From IMG/VR virus record IMGVR_UViG_3300024259_000033, positions 1 through 60,032 of that record: a stretch of DNA of 60,032 bases; one strand, written 5' to 3'. This document shows, in pieces, positions 32,304 through 40,053 of the stretch. Source of the stretch: a virus. Lineage: Duplodnaviria > Caudoviricetes. The notes beneath the pieces were generated by a model, which was not told the DNA's origin, made no database searches, and saw nothing but the letters and a program-made list of their open reading frames with translations. Position numbers and translations under genes: made by a program. The number at the start of each line of letters is the position of its first letter. Position 1 is the stretch's first letter.

Positions 32304-32656
32304 GTTTTGAGGTATAAGAGTTGAAAAATTAATTACGTAAATGGTTGGGTAGCCATATGTCATTTTATGGTAAAAACGACAAATAATCACAAAACTACCC
32401 CCCACCCAGAATTTGACAAACGAGGTATCCCTTACCAATAATATAAATTGGTAAGTAATGTCAAATCAGATATATCCTGTTAAATGGCGGGAATATGCGG
32501 GAATAACCGATATACTGTTTAATGGTAAATAGTGTAAAATTCTCTTAAAACTGGAATATATCACTTTTTCTCAAAAACTTCATATCCGATGGTAAATTTT
32601 GTATTAAATTACATTAGTTTGTGTAATAAAAAACATATGTTTTTAACGTTTTTCTA

Positions 32657-32685
32657 TTGACTTTTAGACGTCTATAATATATACT
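32657..32685 (+). promoter_or_regulatory. Sigma-A-type promoter containing palindrome TAGACGTCTA in its spacer
   Basis: TTGACT-N17-TATACT, palindrome at 32665-32674. Confidence 0.75.
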
Positions 32686-32723
32686 TATAGAGTAATACTA
32701 TATTTAAAGTGAGGTATTAGAAA

Positions 32724-33341
32724 ATGTCAAAAAATTACAAACGTACAGACAGGCAAAGAGCGAATTTCCAGAAATTGTTAAAAACGCTAAATGTGGCAGA
32801 TGATGGCAAAACTGGAAAAACATTGGAAATGGTTGTTAGACGTGAATTAAATAATCGTTATAAGTTTGACAGCCTAAAAAGCGTAGCACCTGCGAATATG
32901 GAAGATGTTTCCAGAGCAGGTAAAAATTATGAGGTTAAAAGTGGTGGCGGTGAATTATTGACAGCAAGATTAGAGGATTTACAGAATTTGACAATCGAGC
33001 AAGCGGTTGACAAAATAATGGAAAATTATTCCACTACTGATTTCTTTATAATAAACGTTGCACCACTATTTTATAGCGAAACCCAAAATTTGCTATATGA
33101 TAACACTTGGGTACTAAATCGACTAGGATTTGCCAGTTGGTTATTAGGACAAGTGAAAATGTTAAAAACTGGTAAAGAAGGAAAATTGATTACACCGATT
33201 AGAATGTCACCGAAGGCAAAATCTGGTAATCGAGGGTATTGCTTATCTTTACAAACTCCGAGTTATTTTACAGAAACGACATTAATTGACAATTCGATTT
33301 GTAGCTTTAGTGATTACTTAAAGAAATTGAGAAGTGCATAA
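32724..33341 (+). CDS. Hypothetical protein with PD-(D/E)xK nuclease-like motif
   Basis: GKTLEMVVR...EDVSRAGKNYEVKSGG gives E...D...ExK spacing. Confidence 0.55.
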   Translation: MSKNYKRTDRQRANFQKLLKTLNVADDGKTGKTLEMVVRRELNNRYKFDSLKSVAPANMEDVSRAGKNYEVKSGGGELLTARLEDLQNLTIEQAVDKIMENYSTTDFFIINVAPLFYSETQNLLYDNTWVLNRLGFASWLLGQVKMLKTGKEGKLITPIRMSPKAKSGNRGYCLSLQTPSYFTETTLIDNSICSFSDYLKKLRSA

Positions 33342-33431
33342 TTTAAGGGCTTGTGAGACTAATAGTCTCACAAGCCATAATTTACCATTCCGTAGGGTTG
33401 ATACCGTACGGGATACGGGAGATGGAAAGAA

Positions 33432-33734
33432 ATGACAAAACAGTTTAGAATTGATAATTTAAAAAGAAAAAAAGAAGTTAATGAAAATAAAATTAAATTG
33501 ACAGAATTTGCCATATCAAAACTAGATAGCGTACCAATTAACCAGAAAATATTCATTAAGGTATATTATGGCAATCGTTTTAACTTTGCTAAAACTAGAT
33601 TGTATAACTGTACTATGACAGAATTTACCAGTAATATTAAGAAGTTTAATCGTACTATTACAAAAATTGCCAAACAAGGTGGAGGCTTCCAGATGTTTGA
33701 TGATAGTAACGGGTGTGATATGGTAGTGGTATAA
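33432..33734 (+). CDS. Hypothetical protein
   Basis: 100-aa basic ORF followed by the terminator AAGGGAACGGCTGTTCCCTTTTT. Confidence 0.6.
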   Translation: MTKQFRIDNLKRKKEVNENKIKLTEFAISKLDSVPINQKIFIKVYYGNRFNFAKTRLYNCTMTEFTSNIKKFNRTITKIAKQGGGFQMFDDSNGCDMVVV

Positions 33735-33898
33735 TATGGTAGTAGTAGTATTATATGGTATCGTTTAATAGTAATAAGGGAACGGCTGTTCCCTTTTTCT
33801 TTATATGTTTTTTAGACGTACAACGTCTAAGAAAAGGGGTTGTATATAGGGTTATTATATGGTAGTATTAAGTATATCTTGAATGGAGAATTACCAGT

Positions 33899-33967
33899 AT
33901 GTATAACTATGAAACAGACCAGTTTGAGCCTGATGACGGGGTTACCTTAGAACCAGAAGAGTATTAA
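33899..33967 (+). CDS. 22-aa acidic peptide MYNYETDQFEPDDGVTLEPEEY
   Basis: Only ORF in the first cassette. Promoter TTGTAT-N17-TAGTAT, GGAG RBS, terminator downstream. Confidence 0.5.
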   Translation: MYNYETDQFEPDDGVTLEPEEY

Positions 33968-34113
33968 GCTGAGCAATAGTTTTGTCTGAGCAAGCACTCA
34001 ATATTGAGTGTTTGTTTTTAGTGTATTTTTTAGACGTACAACGTCTAAGAAAACATTTGACATAGTGGGTTTACTATGCTATAATTAGGTATAGTTAATA
34101 GAGGAGGAAAATA

Positions 34114-34578
34114 ATGGTAAGAGTTATATTTGATATGGACGGTACGATTGCGGATTTATATGCTGTCAATAATTGGCTTGAGGGATTAAGAGCAGAAAAA
34201 GCGGGATTATACATAAATTGTCAGCCAATGGTGGATATGGTAAGATTGACTAATATATGTAAAAGATTACAAAGCAAGGGAATTAAGATAGATATTATCA
34301 GTTGGGCATCTCTCGGTTGTTCAGAGGAATATTTTGACATAATCAAGCAAGAAAAAAAGGCATGGTTAAAGAAATATTTTCCAGTTGAGTTTGATAGTAT
34401 TAGCATTACGCCTTATGGTTTCCCAAAAGAAAAAGTTGCACTTAGAGGACAAACAAAAATTTTAATTGATGATAATATTGATGTTTTAAATTCATGGCAA
34501 ACACCGATACAACGTAAAGCGATTAATGCGAATAGTGATTTTATAGAAGTTTTAGAAATTATGGATAACATTCTCTAA
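34114..34578 (+). CDS. HAD-superfamily phosphatase, 5'(3')-deoxyribonucleotidase-like
   Basis: IFDMDGTIADL motif I and LIDDN motif IV. Confidence 0.85.
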   Translation: MVRVIFDMDGTIADLYAVNNWLEGLRAEKAGLYINCQPMVDMVRLTNICKRLQSKGIKIDIISWASLGCSEEYFDIIKQEKKAWLKKYFPVEFDSISITPYGFPKEKVALRGQTKILIDDNIDVLNSWQTPIQRKAINANSDFIEVLEIMDNIL

Positions 34579-34714
34579 CCTCCTAATATAGTACAGAGAA
34601 GGAAAATTTTTCCTTCTTATAGTTTTTTAGACGTACAACGTCTAAGAAATACTATTGACAAATTTTATTTCTCGTGTTATAATTACTTATAAAATAAAAG
34701 GAGGAAGTCAAATT

Positions 34715-35023
34715 ATGGCTGACAAAAAATTTAAAGTTTCAGAGGTAAACGGTGAAATTCGTGAACAGGTTTTTTCTATTCTTGAAAGTTCTCTTAAGGA
34801 AAGCGGAGCTGAACAGTATAACACGGGCACTTATGGCATTTCCGTTAAAGACTTAACGGGAGCAGAACGAATTGTCGAGGTGAAAATCACAGCTAAGAAG
34901 GCAGATTTTGACATTGGTGAAGCATTGGAAGATTACCAAAACAAGCTCACAGCGAAAGAAGAACGTGAGATAAAGGCGAAAGCTAAAGCGGTTAAAGTTA
35001 CAAAAATTGCCAAAAAGGATTGA
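34715..35023 (+). CDS. Small early protein, paralogue family member 1
   Basis: True start is ATG 34715 after AAGGAGG. VEVKITAKKADFDIGEALEDY core plus Lys/Ala tail. Confidence 0.8.
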   Translation: MADKKFKVSEVNGEIREQVFSILESSLKESGAEQYNTGTYGISVKDLTGAERIVEVKITAKKADFDIGEALEDYQNKLTAKEEREIKAKAKAVKVTKIAKKD

Positions 35024-35154
35024 TTGATTGGGGAACATTAGTTCCCCTTTTCATTTGTAGTTTTTAGACGTACAACGTCTAAATAAAGGTATTGACATTA
35101 TTATTCTTTTGTTATATAATAGGTATATATTAAATAATAGAAAGAGGTAAAAAA

Positions 35155-35919
35155 ATGTATAATATTTGTATTTTTGACACAGAAACAACTGGTTTAGTTA
35201 AGCCGTTTTGTTACAATATTGGATATATTATCCATGACCTAGAAACTGGCAAAGATTTACTAAAGCGGGAATTTGTGGTTGAGCAGATTTGGCATAATAT
35301 ACCATTATTTTCTACGGCTTATTATGCTGATAAAAGACCAATCTATATTAAACGCATGAGAGCAAGAAAAATTCTTTTGGAAAAATTTGGATATATCACT
35401 CAAATTATGAAACGTGATTTTAAAAAACTAAATGTTAAAAACGCTTATGCATATAATTCAACTTTTGACAAAAATGTTTTTGAATTTAATTGTGATTTTT
35501 TCAAAGTATTAAACCCATTTGATAATGTGGAAATATTTGATATTTGGACTTATGCACAGAATAAAATTGCTTTTACTGATGATTACAAAGCTTTTTGTGA
35601 AAAAAATGAACTATTTACAGAAACTGGTAATTTCTCCACTAATGCGGAAAATATATATAAATTTATTACTAATGACAATGAATTTATCGAAGAACACACA
35701 GCATTAAATGATAGTAAAATAGAATTGGCAATTTTGCTAGAATGTGTCAAACGTGGTGCGCAATTACAAACTCACTATAAAAAGTATAGTTGTGTTCCTA
35801 GACATAATAACAAACCATGCAAGATAAAAGTGGATAATAATGTAATTTTTGAAGGTACTTTCCAGAAGAAGTATGCAACTAAAGATTTGAAAGTTATTAA
35901 CTTAACTACTAAAGTTTGA
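35155..35919 (+). CDS. DEDDh 3'-5' exonuclease (DnaQ-like)
   Basis: IFDTETTG (ExoI), AYNSTFD (ExoII), HTALNDS (ExoIII). Confidence 0.9.
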   Translation: MYNICIFDTETTGLVKPFCYNIGYIIHDLETGKDLLKREFVVEQIWHNIPLFSTAYYADKRPIYIKRMRARKILLEKFGYITQIMKRDFKKLNVKNAYAYNSTFDKNVFEFNCDFFKVLNPFDNVEIFDIWTYAQNKIAFTDDYKAFCEKNELFTETGNFSTNAENIYKFITNDNEFIEEHTALNDSKIELAILLECVKRGAQLQTHYKKYSCVPRHNNKPCKIKVDNNVIFEGTFQKKYATKDLKVINLTTKV

Positions 35920-36060
35920 CATTAGAGGGAAATTTTCCCTCTTATAGTTTTTAGACGTACAACGTCTAAGAAATACTATTGACAAATAGAATGAAATATT
36001 ATATAATGTATTTAGAGTTAAGAAATAAAAAATTCCAAATACGAAAGGTGGATAAAAAAA

Positions 36061-36393
36061 ATGGGCGAAGTTAAAATTACAAAAATGGCAAATGACAAAA
36101 GTGTACGTGACCAAATGGTCAATGTATTAGGCGAGGTTGTCGAAAATAGCGAGGGACAAATTGGAACTTCAGAATGGCTTTTTGGTTTTGAAGATTTAAA
36201 AGGTCAAATGCGTGGCGTAACTATTAAAGTTACTGTTAAAAAAGATGATTTCAACATCGGTGACTCAGTAGACGAGTACGAGGAACTTGTACTTGAAAAG
36301 GCGGCTATCGCAGAAGAAAAAGCGATTGCTAAAGCAAAAAAAATTGCGGCTGATGAAAAAAAACGTGCGGCTAAAAAAGCGAAAGCTGAATAG
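36061..36393 (+). CDS. Small early protein, paralogue family member 2
   Basis: VTIKVTVKKDDFNIGDSVDEY core plus KAKK tail. Confidence 0.8.
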   Translation: MGEVKITKMANDKSVRDQMVNVLGEVVENSEGQIGTSEWLFGFEDLKGQMRGVTIKVTVKKDDFNIGDSVDEYEELVLEKAAIAEEKAIAKAKKIAADEKKRAAKKAKAE

Positions 36394-36759
36394 TTAAAGG
36401 GGGATTTATCCCCTTTATTTTTTTTAGACGTTCTACGTCTAAATTTCACTTTTGTCAATACTTTACCACCATAAATTTTACCTTTTCTAGACGTCTCCAA
36501 AATTTTCCATATAAGGCAATGCGAGCAAGGATTTTCCAGTATTTGCCAGTGCGAGCAGCTGGAAAATTTTACCAATTCACCTACGAGCAGGAAGCGCTTC
36601 CATTTTTTACCATTGTGAGCAGGATCTTACTCAATTACCAATCTTTCCCATAAGAAACTTTTATAAAAGTGTTGACTTTTTTCCGCTTTCGTGGTATAAT
36701 AGTATTATAAGAGTTAGAAAAATAATAAAATGGGTAATAAACCCAGAAGGAGTGTCAAA

Positions 36760-37101
36760 ATGGGAAAAATTACTAAAATGGTAAATGATGCGAGTGTAAG
36801 GAATTATGTGGCAATCGAGCTAGAAGATGTATTGACAAAATTAGGTGCAGAAAAAGTTGGAAATGCATTATGGGCAATTCCAGTTGTTGACTTAAGAGGT
36901 GAAGATAGGTCAGCTACCATCGGAATTACAGTTAAGAAAGAAGATTACAATCGAGGCGATGCAGCGGATGAATATACAGACCTTGTAGAAGAAAGGAAAG
37001 TTAAGGCAGAAGAGAAAGCAGTTGCCAAAGCTAAGAAAATTAAGGTAGATGCAAAAAGACGTGCGGTTATGGCAGAAAAAGCCAATGCGGAAAAAGAATA
37101 G
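36760..37101 (+). CDS. Small early protein, paralogue family member 3
   Basis: ATG 36760 after AAGGAG. ATIGITVKKEDYNRGDAADEY core. Own promoter TTGACT-N17-TATAAT at ~36672. Confidence 0.8.
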   Translation: MGKITKMVNDASVRNYVAIELEDVLTKLGAEKVGNALWAIPVVDLRGEDRSATIGITVKKEDYNRGDAADEYTDLVEERKVKAEEKAVAKAKKIKVDAKRRAVMAEKANAEKE

Positions 37102-37452
37102 ATAATGGAAAAAGAGGATTTTATATCCTCTTTTTTTTATACTTTTTTCTGTATGATTTTTGGAAAATTTTGACAAATAAGCTATAAAATCCTTCTCTTA
37201 CCAAGTTTTTCCAACTTATCGCTAATTTTTCCAACTTATTAAGTATTTTATAGCAGAGTGGGTTACTCGGCGCGCATCCTACTCTACTTTACTCTTTTTA
37301 ACCACTTGCGAGCAGGAAAACTCTACAAATATACCAATATAAGCAAGAAAATCTACTCTCACCTACTTTTTTGTATAAAATAAAAACGCATCTAGCACAT
37401 ACGACCGTATGTAACTAGACACGTTAAATCAAGGGGGATTTTAGTCTACTGA

Positions 37453-37776
37453 CTATTCTGCAGCTTCTGCTGCTTTAGCTGCCTTAGCAGCCGCCTTTTC
37501 AGCTTTTTCTTTAGCTTTTGCTTCAGCTAAAGCTTTTCTCTCAGCTTGCTTTTCTTGCTTTTCAGCATACTCAGCTCTGATTGCATCAAGATCAAACTTC
37601 TCAGGATTCTTATAAGTAACTTTCACTGTGACGAACTGTCCATCGCCAACATCAGCTAACATTCCTTCTGAAACTGGTTCTGTAACAAAACCTGCTCCTT
37701 GTAATGCTTCTCCTACTACTTCATAAAGACTTCCTCTTAATACCGTTTGGTCTGCTGCTGTTAATTTTTCTGACAT
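37453..37776 (-). CDS. Small early protein, paralogue family member 4
   Basis: ATG 37776 after GGAG. VTVKVTYKNPEKFDLDAIRAEY core plus Ala/Lys tail. Confidence 0.75.
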   Translation of the reverse strand: MSEKLTAADQTVLRGSLYEVVGEALQGAGFVTEPVSEGMLADVGDGQFVTVKVTYKNPEKFDLDAIRAEYAEKQEKQAERKALAEAKAKEKAEKAAAKAAKAAEAAE

Positions 37777-37986
37777 TGTTGTACTCCATTTCTGCACTTA
37801 TTGTGCACTCTCATTTATTATTTTTAAGGACTTACACCTTAAATAACTCTGTTTAGTGTACATAGGGTGATAAACACCCTACATACAATCAAATACTATA
37901 TACCTATAACAATCGAAGGCACATGTTATAGGTGTAAAGCGTTTGTGCTACGCTGAAAAGGCTTTCTCAACCTTTTCTATACTTAT

Positions 37987-38015
37987 AGTATATCATATTT
38001 TTCGCAAAAAGTCAA
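37987..38015 (-). promoter_or_regulatory. Sigma-A-type promoter driving a long structured 5' leader and paralogue 4
   Basis: TTGACT-N17-TATACT. Confidence 0.8.
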
Positions 38016-38273
38016 CCTTTCAACTTACTTGATACTTAATATAATATATTATAAGCAGTGACTAGCCTTTATAGTAAAAGTAGCCAAGCCACTTATAGCG
38101 TGTTTTAATACTACATACTACATACTATTGCAATATCAGCACCAACCATCAGTTATAACGCCCGACTATGCGACCTATTCGGAAGGCATCCGCCAACTAT
38201 TCTATAAGAAGTTAGCAACTTGTTAAGTATTGGTTTAGTAATGATCTAAACGATACCCCTCTAAGAATTCTAA

Positions 38274-38394
38274 GCCAAATTTAGGATTTGAACCTAAATC
38301 TCTAATCTAAAGAATTAGTAATTTGAATCTAAAGAATTAGTAATTTGAACCTAAATCTAAAGGATTAGTGTGTTTCCTATTACACCATTTTGAC
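38274..38394 (-). pseudogene. Degenerate tRNA with internal tandem duplications
   Basis: Minus strand GTCAAAA-TG-GTGTAATAGGAAACAC (D arm)...TTAGGTTCAAATCCTAA (T arm)-ATTTGGC. The anticodon arm is repeated through 22-bp duplications (38304-38347). Confidence 0.6.
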
Positions 38395-38399
38395 AAATA

Positions 38400-38745
38400 C
38401 TCCCTCGTACCAGTAATCACTAGCACAAGGAAGAGGTTTTCGAAGTAGCAAAGTACCATGCCCTACTTTTATAATATAACTTTGTTTCTGTGTCCAGTGT
38501 ATGGTTTCCGTTTCGATTGAATATTACATTTTTTGAAGGTCTTATTGCCTTAGCTACTAGCACTCTACAATGAATCGTATGTAGAGGTCCGCTTATTTTA
38601 CTTGTTCGGTACGAGCAAGACTTACAGGTTTCCCTCGGCATATTCCACCGTATAGTAAGTATAGGGGCTACTCTCAACCCGTAGCACGGTTCCCATTCTA
38701 AGTGCGGAATCACACTAAGTTAAAAGATTTCTCTCTCAACCTTAT
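38400..38745 (-). ncRNA. Candidate structured ncRNA (~340 nt), unassigned
   Basis: Follows the promoter at 38752-38780. GC-enriched, multiple hairpins, long-range CTCGTACC/GGTACGAG pairing. Confidence 0.5.
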
Positions 38746-38751
38746 ATATAT

Positions 38752-38780
38752 ATTATATCAAATTTTTCGCAAAAAGTCAA
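38752..38780 (-). promoter_or_regulatory. Sigma-A-type promoter
   Basis: TTGACT-N17-TATAAT. Shares TTGACTTTTTGCGAAAAAT with the 38015 promoter. Confidence 0.8.
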
Positions 38781-38811
38781 GATATATATACCAATTATTT
38801 TTACTCTATAA

Positions 38812-38907
38812 TCAATCTCCTAATGTTGCATTTATTACACACCATAGTGCCCATATTAATACTAAATACGTCATTGAGCTACTTAGTGAACCAAACAGTG
38901 GATGCAT
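38812..38907 (-). CDS. 31-aa hydrophobic peptide
   Basis: MHPLFGSLSSSMTYLVLIWALWCVINATLGD, GGAGG RBS. Confidence 0.5.
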   Translation of the reverse strand: MHPLFGSLSSSMTYLVLIWALWCVINATLGD

Positions 38908-38908
38908 A

Positions 38909-39010
38909 TTAATTTACCTCCATTAAAACTATTAACATCATAACACTACCATAAGCAAGCATTATCAATCCAATAACTCTACCTATATATAATAAAAACC
39001 AAGGTATCAT
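38909..39010 (-). CDS. 33-aa hydrophobic peptide
   Basis: MIPWFLLYIGRVIGLIMLAYGSVMMLIVLMEVN, ATGA overlap with the upstream ORF. Confidence 0.45.
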   Translation of the reverse strand: MIPWFLLYIGRVIGLIMLAYGSVMMLIVLMEVN

Positions 39011-39156
39011 GCGGCACCAACTAAACTAATCCCATATACAATTAATTTTGTGAATCCATATACTATACTTACACCTATACCTACAATAATCATAGCTAAT
39101 AATAAACCTAAAAAATTTATACCACCTATGTTCCCTATTCTCTTATCATCACCCAT
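39007..39156 (-). CDS. 49-aa membrane peptide
   Basis: MGDDKRIGNIGGINFLGLLLAMIIVGIGVSIVYGF...; ATG immediately after the upstream stop. Confidence 0.55.
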   Translation of the reverse strand: MGDDKRIGNIGGINFLGLLLAMIIVGIGVSIVYGFTKLIVYGISLVGAA

Positions 39157-39157
39157 A

Positions 39158-39280
39158 TTATTTCTTCTGTTTCTCCTTCTTAGCCACCCCAAGGATCTTA
39201 TCTAAAACTCCAATCCCACATATGAGACCAACTCCAAAGATACCAATTCCAGCAAGCACTGCTACAAAAATATTCACCAT
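39158..39280 (-). CDS. 40-aa membrane peptide
   Basis: MVNIFVAVLAGIGIFGVGLICGIGVLDKILGVAKKEKQKK. First ORF after promoter TTGACT-N17-TATAAT (39325-39353, minus). Confidence 0.55.
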   Translation of the reverse strand: MVNIFVAVLAGIGIFGVGLICGIGVLDKILGVAKKEKQKK

Positions 39281-39499
39281 TCTTTCTCTCTCTCCTATAA
39301 ATCTTCTTTAATTGTCTATAATTCATTATACCATTTTTTCCGCTAAAAGTCAAGGATAGGGGTGAGGGAGTACTACTATTTAAAAAAAGATTATAGTAAG
39401 TATTTATTTGTAGAAAGCGGCGAGATCATTGGTGAGCAGTATAAAAAAAAATTCGGGTTTTTGGTTTTAGAAGGACTTTTTACAGTAAAATTGTTGACA

Positions 39500-39950
39500 T
39501 AAGGTTAAATGTGTGCTAACACAAATTCACAACTAACTTAAAATCCCAACTTTACCTACTCCAAATTCATACTTTTATAGCGTAAATCCCTAAGTATACG
39601 CAAAAACCTACTATACTTATACAATTACATATACTCTCATGCAAACAAACCATTTATACAACTAAATTGTACAAGGGCCGGTCCCTCTGGCCACGCCCTG
39701 CGGGCTGTGTGCTTACGCGACCTACGAGATTCCAGTGCCTGCGGCACGGATCTCGATGGTTGTTTTAGTTTTTAAGAATGTATACGATTAGCGTATAAAT
39801 AATTATGTGTATATATAGTATATAATTTTTAACTTACAGTTATTCTGTGTTTGCTTTGTGTTTTTTGTATAAAATTTAGGAAGTTTTTTTTGGTTGTTGG
39901 TTGGGTGTTGTACGATGGGTGTATAGTTTTTTTGTACAATAGGGATTTTT
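39500..39950. other. Candidate replication origin (skew switch around GC-rich hairpins)
   Basis: A/C-rich left flank, G/T-rich right flank, GC-rich double hairpin at 39675-39759, lying between divergent promoters. Confidence 0.45.
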
Positions 39951-40053
39951 GTATATAAGAGAGTTGTGGATTAAGCTTGACTTTTTACGAAAAATATGGT
40001 ATACTAGTAGTATAAGAAGAATAGAAATAGATATGAAAGAGAGAGAGAAAAAG

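Larger units (their letters stand above)
33812..36442. repeat. Six dispersed 19-bp palindromes TTAGACGT-N3-ACGTCTAA (33812, 34030, 34627, 35064, 35951, 36424)
   Basis: Read directly. Five have the ACA spacer and one has TCT. Each lies after a terminator hairpin. The first five are ~10 bp before a forward TTGACA/TTGTAT -35 box, and the sixth is followed by a reverse-facing TTGACA. Confidence 0.95.

Noticed and set aside
33812-36442. Palindromic repeats as a CRISPR array
   Set aside because: Spacing is 200-900 bp and contains whole genes; no cas genes in the window.
38420-38713. 97-aa minus-strand ORF
   Set aside because: GTG start without a convincing RBS, Arg/Cys/Ser-rich. The region is better explained as structured RNA.
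38400-38745. RNase P RNA identity for the minus-strand ncRNA
   Set aside because: It has a GAAACGGAAACC-like stretch but lacks the GAGGAAAGUCC and ACAnAAnnnGGCUUA P4 signatures.
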